From NCBI GenBank assembly GCA_020354945.1, contig CP070655.1:789494-806917 (forward strand): a stretch of 17,424 nucleotides of DNA. Direction: 5' to 3'. The notes under the pieces were generated by a model. It had not been told where the DNA came from and did no database searches. It saw nothing but the letters and a program-made list of their open reading frames with translations. The number at the start of each line of letters is the position of its first letter. Within the stretch, counting starts at the first letter, position 1. The position numbers were made by a program, and so were the translations under genes. Below are positions 1 through 8,059 of this stretch, in pieces. Source of the stretch: Candidatus Omnitrophota bacterium. Its GTDB lineage: Bacteria; Omnitrophota; Gorgyraeia; JABMRG01; JAFGKX01.

Positions 1-88
1 AACCTCTTAAACTGATATCCACAATTTCTGCTTTGCAATTATCCAGTAGAGGTTGCATTACTTGTTTTATTTGGTCCAGTTGTATCAT
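1..88 (-). CDS. rimP: Ribosome maturation factor RimP, 5' end only (runs off window)
   Basis: Manual translation from ATG at 88: MIQLDQIKQVMQPLLDNCKAEIVDISLRG, resembling the RimP N-terminus (..I..LV.PLL...G.ELVD.). Preceded by a strong promoter and a leader hairpin. rimP commonly lies downstream of the uppS-proS block. Not in the ORF track. Confidence 0.75.
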   Translation of the reverse strand, partial: MIQLDQIKQVMQPLLDNCKAEIVDISLRG

Positions 89-123
89 TAAAATAAAAAG
101 CGTGTCCGCAATCCTCTCGCTTT
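89..123 (-). terminator. Terminator-like leader hairpin upstream of rimP (possible rimP-leader attenuator)
   Basis: Minus strand AAAGCG-N15-CGCTTT stem (123..97) running into a T-rich tract (TTTTTATTTT) just before the ATG. A terminator-like leader is known upstream of rimP-nusA-infB operons. The inner stem is imperfect. Confidence 0.45.
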
Positions 124-167
124 GATATTCACCCCTTCCCTAATTTAGGATTAAATTAGTGAATGTG

Positions 168-196
168 ATTATATTATATATACTATTTTATGTCAA
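168..196 (-). promoter_or_regulatory. Consensus sigma70 promoter for the rimP operon
   Basis: TTGACA (196..191), 17-nt spacer, TATAAT (173..168): a perfect consensus match. Confidence 0.85.
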
Positions 197-209
197 GAAA
201 ATTTCTTGA
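193..209. promoter_or_regulatory. Palindrome overlapping the -35 box (possible operator)
   Basis: TCAAGAAA-A-TTTCTTGA, perfect 8-bp arms. Confidence 0.35.
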
Positions 210-231
210 GATTGCTGAATTATTAATTCTT

Positions 232-292
232 ACACTAATCAACACGAATTCGTGAAAATTCGTGTTTGAAAAATTCGTGAAAATTCGTGTTT
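232..292. repeat. 10-bp-period AATTCGTG repeat cluster with inverted copies, directly after the pfkA stop
   Basis: AATTCGTG at 247, 257, 272 and 282. The 21-mer AATTCGTGAAAATTCGTGTTT is duplicated (247-267, 272-292). Inverted copies ACACTAAT (232) and ACACGAAT (242). Perfect 10-bp stem 241-250/257-266. Confidence 0.85.
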
Positions 293-293
293 C

Positions 294-1385
294 TCAACAT
301 CCGAAACAGGTTCCTACCGAGAGGACAGATTTTATTAAGGGGTGATTCAAAGGAACTGTCCTGGGGCCTTTGGATACCTTCTTTAAAGAAACCTTAATGA
401 GCGAATCTTTCTTGACTCCAACCATATGCCCGAATTCTTTATTTTCTATCATATCAACGACCCTGGTTCCCAATCGCGTTGCCAGAATTCTATCAAAAGG
501 GGTGGGGGGGCCTCCTCTTTGAAGATGACCCATCACTACGGTGCGAGTTTCAAGCCCTGTTATCTCTTCTATCTGCTCTCCGAGAACAAAACCAATTCCG
601 CCCAGCCGAATGGGGTCTGCGCTTTCCTTCACCATTCTCTGTATTACAATCTTGCCGCCTTTAGGTTTTGCCCCCTCGGAAACTACAATGATGCTGAATC
701 TTTTTCCTTTCCTGTGTCTTTCCTTTACCTTTTCTGCTATTATATCTAAATTATAAGGAATCTCGGGAACAAGAATAATGTCTCCTCCAGAAGCTGCTCC
801 AGAGTAGAGGGCAATCCATCCGGCCTTATGGCCCATAACCTCTACAATCATAATCCGGTGATGAGACTGGGCAGTGCTATGTATTCTGTCAATGCCTTCT
901 ACGGCAATCTGCACCGCAGTATCGAAACCAAAGGTTATATCCGTCCCTCTTATATCATTGTCTATGGTTTTGGGCACCCCAACAACAGGCACTCCATCCT
1001 TAAAAAGCCTATAAGCTATACCTAAGGTTCCATCTCCTCCAATGCACACCAAAGAGGTTAAATCAAGCCTTTTTAAATTTTTGATGGCGAGAGTGGACAA
1101 ATCTTTAAACGTTAATTTTTTGCCCTTTTTTATAGCATACCTGTATGGGTTTGCTTTTTTAGATGTGCCTAATATTGTGCCGCCTAAGGTTAGTATTCCC
1201 GAAACATTATTATATGTAAGTTTTCTGTGCCGATTATGGACAAGCCCTACATAGCCATCCTTTATGCCGATAACTGCCATATCTTTTTCAGAGATGGCCT
1301 TCTTTGCCACGGCCCGTATGACCGCATTTATACCTGGGCAATCTCCTCCGCCTGTAAGAATCGCAATTCTTTTTTTCTTTTTCAT
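294..1385 (-). CDS. pfkA: 6-phosphofructokinase, group III type
   Basis: Motifs TGGGDCPGINAVIR, GGTILGT, IGGDGT, PKTIDND, VEVMG and GHLQRGG. Confidence 0.95.
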   Translation of the reverse strand: MKKKKRIAILTGGGDCPGINAVIRAVAKKAISEKDMAVIGIKDGYVGLVHNRHRKLTYNNVSGILTLGGTILGTSKKANPYRYAIKKGKKLTFKDLSTLAIKNLKRLDLTSLVCIGGDGTLGIAYRLFKDGVPVVGVPKTIDNDIRGTDITFGFDTAVQIAVEGIDRIHSTAQSHHRIMIVEVMGHKAGWIALYSGAASGGDIILVPEIPYNLDIIAEKVKERHRKGKRFSIIVVSEGAKPKGGKIVIQRMVKESADPIRLGGIGFVLGEQIEEITGLETRTVVMGHLQRGGPPTPFDRILATRLGTRVVDMIENKEFGHMVGVKKDSLIKVSLKKVSKGPRTVPLNHPLIKSVLSVGTCFGC

Positions 1386-1427
1386 ATTACCCGCCTGCTT
1401 TCTATTTTTGTTTTGGAAAAGTAATTT

Positions 1428-2357
1428 TTACCTTTCCTTTTTTAGATAATCTCTTACTGACATTGCTGCTATTGTGCCTTCTGCGCAGGCAGTAGTTACT
1501 TGGCGAACGTTCTTCGAACATATATCGCCTGCTGCAAATATGCCTGGGGTTTGAGTCTGCATTTTTCCATCGACCTTGATATATCCCGAATCATCAAATT
1601 CAACAATGCCTTCTAAAAATTTAGAATTGGGCAGAAATCCTGCATATATGAAAACGCCCGAAACCTCGAACTTTGTCTGCTTTTTGGTATGGTTGTCGAA
1701 GACATTGACAGAGTTAACCGTTTTATCTCCAGCTATAGAAATAAGCTTATGGTTTAGTAAAAGTTCTATCTTTTTGTCCCTGCGCAAGTTTTCCTGCAAT
1801 ATCTTTGCAGCACGCAATTCATAACGGCGATGAACAAAGATTATCTTTCCGGCGAATTTCGTTAAAAATAATGCTTCTTCTACAGCAGCATTACCGCCTC
1901 CCACCACTACTATATCCTTATTTTTAAACAAAGGTCCATCGCAGGTTGCACAATAAGAAACTCCCTTGCCTGTGTATTGTTTTTCGCCCGGAATGCCTAA
2001 TTTTCTTGGTATAGTGCCAGAAGCCGCTATCAATGCGTGAGAAGAATATTCTTCTTTGTCTGTCTTAACCATTATATTGCCGTCAACAGGCTTGATTTCT
2101 TTGACTTCTTTTAATTCAACGATCTCCGTCCCAAATCTCTTAGCTTGTTCTTTAAATTTATTTACCAAATCCATTCCTTTTATGCCATTTGGAAAACCGG
2201 GGTAATTTTCTATCAAATCAGCAACTGTAAGTAAACCACCGCACATCCCTTTTTCTAGCAAAAGCGTCGAAATTCTTTCTCTTGAAGCATATATTCCTGC
2301 ACTTAAGCCGGCCGGCCCACCACCGATTATGATAACGTCGTAAATTCTGCCGCTCAT
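1428..2357 (-). CDS. trxB: Thioredoxin-disulfide reductase
   Basis: GGGPAG FAD motif, GVSYCATCDG active site, GGGNAAVEEA NADPH motif, GIFAAGD. Confidence 0.95.
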   Translation of the reverse strand: MSGRIYDVIIIGGGPAGLSAGIYASRERISTLLLEKGMCGGLLTVADLIENYPGFPNGIKGMDLVNKFKEQAKRFGTEIVELKEVKEIKPVDGNIMVKTDKEEYSSHALIAASGTIPRKLGIPGEKQYTGKGVSYCATCDGPLFKNKDIVVVGGGNAAVEEALFLTKFAGKIIFVHRRYELRAAKILQENLRRDKKIELLLNHKLISIAGDKTVNSVNVFDNHTKKQTKFEVSGVFIYAGFLPNSKFLEGIVEFDDSGYIKVDGKMQTQTPGIFAAGDICSKNVRQVTTACAEGTIAAMSVRDYLKKER

Positions 2358-3118
2358 TTTATTAACCTTAAAATATCATCATGAACTATACCGTTTGAGG
2401 CTATATAGCCTTTTGTTTTTGTACTCCATTTATTGCCTTGAAAATCTGTCGATTTTCCGCCTGCCTCTTCTACAAGCAAAAGGCCGGCGGCAAAATCCCA
2501 GACCTTATCATTAAATTCTACATCGACTTCCACCTTACCGGAAGCTATATCAGAAAGATGGCGAGCCGTAGAGCCGAACATCCTCACGTTAAAAACCTTA
2601 TCAACAAGTCTGTCTAAAGCTGCAAGCATTGGCTTTTTGTTATATCTAATGCTACTGTCATAAATAAGCGTGGTTTGATTAAGCCTTCTTTTAGAGACAC
2701 TTATTTTTTTACCGTTACGATAGGCGCCTTCTCCTTTTCCTGCTGTATAAAGTTCGTTTGGCACAGGCATACATATAGCTCCGAAAACAACTTCTCCTTC
2801 AAATTCTAAAGCGATAGAGGTTCCAAACGCATCTATGCCGTGAATATAATTATGTGTTCCGTCTAAAGGATCTATTATCCATCTAAATTCAGCGCCGCGA
2901 CGCAGATATCGGTTTTCTTCGGATAGAATACTGTCTTTGGTAAAATGCCCTTTAATTAATTTTACAATTGCATCTTCTACCTTTAGATCAATATTTGTAA
3001 CCAGGCTTTTATCTCCTTTAAATTTAGTCGTGATAGGCCTTCGGAAATTCTTAAGTAATATTTTACCCGATTTTATAGCCGCTTCAATTGCTATGTTTTT
3101 TCTTTCAGCAATTTTCAT
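2354..3118 (-). CDS. Inositol monophosphatase family protein (IMPase/FBPase/SuhB-like)
   Basis: Metal-binding motifs SEE, WIIDPLDGTHNY and WDFAAG. ATGA overlaps with both neighbours. Confidence 0.9.
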   Translation of the reverse strand: MKIAERKNIAIEAAIKSGKILLKNFRRPITTKFKGDKSLVTNIDLKVEDAIVKLIKGHFTKDSILSEENRYLRRGAEFRWIIDPLDGTHNYIHGIDAFGTSIALEFEGEVVFGAICMPVPNELYTAGKGEGAYRNGKKISVSKRRLNQTTLIYDSSIRYNKKPMLAALDRLVDKVFNVRMFGSTARHLSDIASGKVEVDVEFNDKVWDFAAGLLLVEEAGGKSTDFQGNKWSTKTKGYIASNGIVHDDILRLIK

Positions 3119-3777
3119 CTTTTCCGTTCTCCAAAAATTTTTGTGCCTATTCTTACTATATTCGCCCCTTCGGAGATAGCGACTTTGTAAGAATTGCTCA
3201 TACCCATTGAAAGGTATTTTATATCAGCATTCGGTATATTCAACGCCTTAATCCTGTCAAATATCTTCCTTGTTTCAATAAAATACCGGCGTGCCTCTTC
3301 AGGATCTCCAAACATAGGCCCCATAGTCATAAGGCCCATTATTTTTATATTTTTTAGTTGTGATAATCTTCTTACAAGCTGCTCTGCCTCTTCCGGAAAT
3401 ACACCGAATTTTTGTTGTTCTTTCCCGCTGTTTATCTCTATTAGCACCTGCATTATCTTGTGTATCTGAGCAGACGCTTTATCAATTTCTTCGGCTATTT
3501 TAATAGAATCAACAGTTTCTATCATATCAAATATTTTAACCGCTTTTCTTACCTTGTTTTTCTGCAAATGCCCTATGAAATGCTGCTTTGCCCTACTTTT
3601 AATAATTTCAAAGGCATTTTGTGCTTCTTGGGCATAATTCTGGCCAATAATTTTGACGCCGGCCTCAACGGCCTCGAGAATTTCTTGCGGGTTTCTGCCT
3701 TTGGCAGCAGCCACCAATTCTACTGTGTCCGGCAATTCGTTTAATATTTTTCCAACGTTATCTTTAATCCTTACCAC
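3115..3777 (-). CDS. yggS: YggS family pyridoxal phosphate homeostasis protein
   Basis: LVAAAK (PLP lysine), GQNYAQE, HFIGHLQKNK, GLMTMG, LSMGMS, VRIGTKIFG. Confidence 0.93.
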   Translation of the reverse strand: MVRIKDNVGKILNELPDTVELVAAAKGRNPQEILEAVEAGVKIIGQNYAQEAQNAFEIIKSRAKQHFIGHLQKNKVRKAVKIFDMIETVDSIKIAEEIDKASAQIHKIMQVLIEINSGKEQQKFGVFPEEAEQLVRRLSQLKNIKIMGLMTMGPMFGDPEEARRYFIETRKIFDRIKALNIPNADIKYLSMGMSNSYKVAISEGANIVRIGTKIFGERKR

Positions 3778-3784
3778 TTAATCC

Positions 3785-4561
3785 TTAATCCTGTATTTTG
3801 CCTCTCCGTTTTATTGTTTCTTTTTTGCTGATTGGCTTAACCTTTTTCTTTTCGCTTCCATATACAAAAATGCAATTCATGCCTTTGAAATATTGCTTTA
3901 TTGCCGCAAGTTCTTTTCTGGATAAAGGTCTTACGCCGCAGGGCCTTAAAGGGGTATTGAGCTGGACTTCATCTGGATCAATCTTTCTTACAATTTTTGA
4001 TATCTGCTTTGCATATTTTTTATTTTCATCAATAAACATAATCTGCAACGCCAATTTACCACGAAACTTACCTTTAAATTTTTTTATCCCCTTTATTATT
4101 TTCTCAAGCCCTATTGTCTTCATCGGTTGATTAATCCTGACAAATATATCCTGTAAATGGGCATCGAGTTTAGCCACTACAAAATCTGCTAATAATAAAT
4201 CCTTTTGAACATCTTTTCTGTGCATCAAAGAGGAATTTGTTAAAACTGCTATTTTCTCCTTACTTATTTTCTTTATTGCTTTTATCATCTGGCCTAAATT
4301 TTTGGCTAAGGTCGGCTCTCCACTGCCTGAAAAGGTAATATAATCTATTCTTACAGCGGGTAGAGACTTTATTTCTTTTATAATTTTTGCAGTAGGTACA
4401 AACACCTTTCTCTCTTTGGCAAATATTTTTGTTTTACCAATCTGACAATAGATGCAATCAAAGTTGCATATTTTTACCTTTTCTGAGAGGGGGTCTATCC
4501 CTAAGGAAGAACCCAATCTCCAGGACGGCACCGGACCGTATATGTATTTGTAATTTTTCAT
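3785..4561 (-). CDS. Radical SAM Fe-S oxidoreductase of unknown function
   Basis: CNFDCIYC (CxxxCxxC), YGPVPSWRLGSSLGID, TFSGSGEPTL, VLTNSSL. Resembles the COG0731-type radical SAM family. Confidence 0.88.
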   Translation of the reverse strand: MKNYKYIYGPVPSWRLGSSLGIDPLSEKVKICNFDCIYCQIGKTKIFAKERKVFVPTAKIIKEIKSLPAVRIDYITFSGSGEPTLAKNLGQMIKAIKKISKEKIAVLTNSSLMHRKDVQKDLLLADFVVAKLDAHLQDIFVRINQPMKTIGLEKIIKGIKKFKGKFRGKLALQIMFIDENKKYAKQISKIVRKIDPDEVQLNTPLRPCGVRPLSRKELAAIKQYFKGMNCIFVYGSEKKKVKPISKKETIKRRGKIQD

Positions 4562-4566
4562 AATTT

Positions 4567-5322
4567 TTACGCTGTATGGTGGCTCCTTCTAAAAAGTCCC
4601 CATATAGCCGCTGCTATTACTATAAAAATAGCGATAAATTGAGATGTTGAAAATATCCAGATATGACCTCTTGGATCGCCCCGGAAAAACTCTATTACAA
4701 AGCGCGCCGCTGCATATAAAATGGCATAAAGCCAGAAAATCTGGCCAAAAAATTTCCTATATCTTCTTGCGATAACTAAAATAAAAAAAATAACCAATAG
4801 GACAAAAGATGAAATAAGTTGGGTAGGTATCACTGGCACGCCAAGCTGCCCTGCAGGACTTCCCGGAGGAAAAAGAATGCCTATCCAGCTATTCGTAGGT
4901 TTGCCATAACAACAACCGTAAAAAAAGCAACCCAACCTGCCTATTGCATGTCCTATGGCTATAGATGGAGCAATAATATCCGCTGTTTTCCACACATCGA
5001 TTTTTTGCCTGTTAACATACCAGAAGGCTCCCAAAAAGGCAGCGATAAATCCTCCGTAAAAAACGAAGCCTTCATTGGCAAGGAATATTCTTAACGGGTA
5101 CCTTAAAAAATATTCCCATTCGGTAAATATATAAACTATCCTTGCCCCAATAAAGCCGGGTATAACTATCCAGAAGAACAGATTTATTATATTATCCGAA
5201 CTTATATTTTCTCTTTTTGCTTCTCTTGCCGCAAGATACAACCCAATAATAAACCCTAAAGCAACCATAACCCCATAGGTGTAAATAGTGATTGGGCCGA
5301 TTTTAAATAGAACTGGATACAT
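4567..5322 (-). CDS. lgt: Prolipoprotein diacylglyceryl transferase
   Basis: Multi-TM protein with YGVM, GARIVY, FYGGF, IGRLGCF, PTQL and RFVIEFFRGD. Confidence 0.95.
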   Translation of the reverse strand: MYPVLFKIGPITIYTYGVMVALGFIIGLYLAAREAKRENISSDNIINLFFWIVIPGFIGARIVYIFTEWEYFLRYPLRIFLANEGFVFYGGFIAAFLGAFWYVNRQKIDVWKTADIIAPSIAIGHAIGRLGCFFYGCCYGKPTNSWIGILFPPGSPAGQLGVPVIPTQLISSFVLLVIFFILVIARRYRKFFGQIFWLYAILYAAARFVIEFFRGDPRGHIWIFSTSQFIAIFIVIAAAIWGLFRRSHHTA

Positions 5323-5324
5323 AA

Positions 5325-7031
5325 TTAAAGGTATGACATGACAGATTTGACGGCTTGGGAAAATTTGACGTTTTTCTTAGTCTTTTCTCCACGTCCCTTT
5401 ATCTCTAATCTATTGTTTTTTATCGTATTGGGCCCTATTATGATTTGTAAAGGTATTCCTATTAGGTCAGCGTCGTTGAATTTAATGCCGGGAGAGACGT
5501 CTCTGTCATCTAAAAGGCAGCTTACATTTTCACCCTCAAGCTGTGTATAAACTTTATTAGCAGCGGATGATATCTTTTTGTTCTTTATATTAAGGGGAAT
5601 AATTATTGCTTCATAAGGGCTGATAGCCTTTGGCCAGATAATACCTTTATCATCGTTACATTTTTCAATTACCGCTGCCATTATGCGGTTTATACCTATG
5701 CCGTAGCATCCCATTATAATAGGACGCTCTTTACCATTTTTATCCAGGTAATTGGCGTCCAAGGCCTTTGTATACCTTGTTCCTAGTTTGAATACATGGC
5801 CGAGTTCTATAGCACGTTTTAGGCTTACCTTTCTCTTTTTACATCTTGGACATAAATCTTCATCTTTTATGGTTCTTAAATCCAGGTAATCTTCTGCCTT
5901 AAAATCTCTGCCATCACACACATTCATGAGGTGTTTATCCTTTTTATTTGCTCCGGTAATTCCATCTGTTATTCCCTTGACAGCCTCATCCGCTATTATT
6001 CTTATACCTTTAAGCTCTACCGGCCCTGAAAAACCTAAAGGCGCACCGGTTATTTTCTCTATCGTTGATTCATCTGCTAAAGTTAATTTGGCGCATTTTA
6101 AAATTTTCCTCAATTTGGCCTCATTTAAATCGTGGTCGCCTCTTATAAGTATTGCTATAGGTTTATCATCAGCTAAATAAATCAAAGTCTTTATTAGCTG
6201 CTGCGGTTTTACACCAAGTAACTTGCTTACCTTCTCTACTGTCGTTATTCCCGGCGTATCCACCTTTTTAATTGGCGATTCCGGCTGACGACTGACGACT
6301 GACGACTGACGACTGACAAAACATTCTGCTAAATCCAAAGACGAAGCAAATCCACAACTGCAGACAACTATAATATCTTCACCTGCCTCAGCCAAAACCA
6401 TAAATTCTGCTGATTCACTGCCGCCCATTACTCCAGGGTCTGCTTTAACGATTATAAAATCCAGGCCGCAACGCTTAAAAATCCTGCTATAGGCTTTATA
6501 CATCTTATCATAACTTTTATTCAGCCCGTCTGCATCCGCGTCAAAACTATAAGCATCTTTCATGATAAATTCTTTTGAGCGCACTACGCCGAAGCGTGGA
6601 CGGGCCTCATCTCTGAATTTAGTCTGGATCTGATATAAAATCTTCGGCATATCTCTATAAGAACGTATTTCGACTCCGGCAATATCTGTGATTACTTCTT
6701 CATGGGTTGGGCCTAAAACCATCTCCCGGCCAGAACGATCCTTGAATTTAATCATATCCTCGCCTAATTCATTATATCTTTCAGTTTTCTTCCATAAATC
6801 AGGCGGTTGTATTGCAGGCATAAGCATCTCCTGCGCCCCGGCCGAATCCATTTCTTCCCGCACAATATTTTCCACCTTCTTTAGCACTCTAAAACCTAAA
6901 GGCAGGTATGAATACGCACCGGCAGAAAGTTTTCTAATCAATCCGGCCCGTACCATTAACTTGTGGCTAATTGCTTCTGCCTCAGCAGGATTTTCCTTTA
7001 ATGTCGGAATTAATGCCTGGGTCCATCTCAT
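5325..7031 (-). CDS. proS: Proline--tRNA ligase, bacterial type with insertion (editing) domain
   Basis: LGPTHEE, QIQTKFRDEARPRFG, EFIMKDAYSF, ELGHVFKLG, MGCYGIG and a C-terminal anticodon-binding domain. Confidence 0.98.
   Translation of the reverse strand: MRWTQALIPTLKENPAEAEAISHKLMVRAGLIRKLSAGAYSYLPLGFRVLKKVENIVREEMDSAGAQEMLMPAIQPPDLWKKTERYNELGEDMIKFKDRSGREMVLGPTHEEVITDIAGVEIRSYRDMPKILYQIQTKFRDEARPRFGVVRSKEFIMKDAYSFDADADGLNKSYDKMYKAYSRIFKRCGLDFIIVKADPGVMGGSESAEFMVLAEAGEDIIVVCSCGFASSLDLAECFVSRQSSVVSRQPESPIKKVDTPGITTVEKVSKLLGVKPQQLIKTLIYLADDKPIAILIRGDHDLNEAKLRKILKCAKLTLADESTIEKITGAPLGFSGPVELKGIRIIADEAVKGITDGITGANKKDKHLMNVCDGRDFKAEDYLDLRTIKDEDLCPRCKKRKVSLKRAIELGHVFKLGTRYTKALDANYLDKNGKERPIIMGCYGIGINRIMAAVIEKCNDDKGIIWPKAISPYEAIIIPLNIKNKKISSAANKVYTQLEGENVSCLLDDRDVSPGIKFNDADLIGIPLQIIIGPNTIKNNRLEIKGRGEKTKKNVKFSQAVKSVMSYL
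6283..6317. repeat. 7-bp tandem repeat inside proS
   Basis: GGCTGAC followed by (GACTGAC)x4; encodes VSRQSSVVSRQP on the minus strand. Confidence 0.95.
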
Positions 7032-8059
7032 ATTAATTTAATAATCTCCTTTACAGCGTTTTTTGCTTTTATTTTCTTCGTAACCCTTCCTTTCCTAAAC
7101 AAAATGCCTGAATTTTTACCAAATGCAATTCCTATATCCGCATCTTTTGCTTCACCAGGACCGTTCACCTCACAACCCATCAATGCGATCTTTTGTGGCT
7201 TAACTGATAACTGATGACTGATAACTGATAACTTTTGCAAAAAATCGTTCACGATTTTTTGCAAATCAACCTGACACCGGCCGCAAGTAGGGCAGGAAAT
7301 TACATCTGGATAGAATCTCCTCAACCCCAGAGATTGTAAAATATATTTCGCTATTCTTACTTCTTCCTCCGGGTTGGTCGTTAAGGAAACCCTTATAGTA
7401 TCTCCTATTCCTTCTGCCAAAAGAGTGCCTATTCCAATCGCTGATTTAACAATCCCCCCATATCCTGTGCCCGTCGCTGTAACTCCTAAATGAAACGGAT
7501 AATTGCAAAACCTTGCCATCTTCCTGTATGCTTCTATAGTTGTATTAACATCCGAAGCTTTAAGCGATATTATTATATCATGAAATTTTTCTCTTTCAAA
7601 AATCTTTAAATAATTCTTTGCAAGATTGACTAACCCTCCTGCTGCGGATACGCCAGCAGAACCTGAATTTAAACCTACTCTTATAGGAATTTTTCTGCCT
7701 TTGCAAACTTCTATCACTTTTAAAACATGCTCTTTCCTTTTTATATTGCCGGGATTAATACGAATGGCATCGCAACCTGAATTTACCGATTCTAAGGCAT
7801 GTTTGTAATTAAAATGGATATCGGCTACAAGCGGTATCTTTAGTTTCGATTTTATTTTTCCTATTGCCTGCGCAGACGGGCTATCTTTAATTGCCACCCT
7901 TATTATTTGACAACCTAAATTTTGCAATCTTTTAATTTGCTCGACCGTAGCCTTAACATCTTTTGTATCTGTCTTTGTCATAGATTGAACAGATACAGGC
8001 GCACCTCCGCCTATTCTTACATTGCCGAGTTTTATCTGTCTGGTTTTTCTGGGTCTCAT
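7028..8059 (-). CDS. ispG: 4-hydroxy-3-methylbut-2-en-1-yl diphosphate synthase (GcpE)
   Basis: SVQSMT, PLVADIHF, RINPGNI, HLGVT, GIGDTIRVSLT, SCPTCGR, MGCEVNGPGEA. Confidence 0.98.
   Translation of the reverse strand: MRPRKTRQIKLGNVRIGGGAPVSVQSMTKTDTKDVKATVEQIKRLQNLGCQIIRVAIKDSPSAQAIGKIKSKLKIPLVADIHFNYKHALESVNSGCDAIRINPGNIKRKEHVLKVIEVCKGRKIPIRVGLNSGSAGVSAAGGLVNLAKNYLKIFEREKFHDIIISLKASDVNTTIEAYRKMARFCNYPFHLGVTATGTGYGGIVKSAIGIGTLLAEGIGDTIRVSLTTNPEEEVRIAKYILQSLGLRRFYPDVISCPTCGRCQVDLQKIVNDFLQKLSVISHQLSVKPQKIALMGCEVNGPGEAKDADIGIAFGKNSGILFRKGRVTKKIKAKNAVKEIIKLI
7201..7233. repeat. 7-bp tandem repeat inside ispG
   Basis: TAACTGA TAACTGA TGACTGA TAACTGA TAACT; encodes about KLSVISHQLSVK on the minus strand. 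Confidence 0.95.

Noticed and set aside
241-292. Possible mini-CRISPR array (21-bp direct repeat)
   Set aside because: Only two copies separated by 4 bp, with no unique spacers and no cas genes.
6283-7233. Phase-variation (ON/OFF) role for the proS and ispG repeats
   Set aside because: Both genes are normally essential and both are in frame; nothing here shows switching.
7639-7659. Small hairpin CTGCTG..CAGCAG in a variable ispG loop (SAGVSAAGG)
   Set aside because: Only 6-8 bp of stem and explicable by Ala/Gly codons; not enough to call an inserted element.
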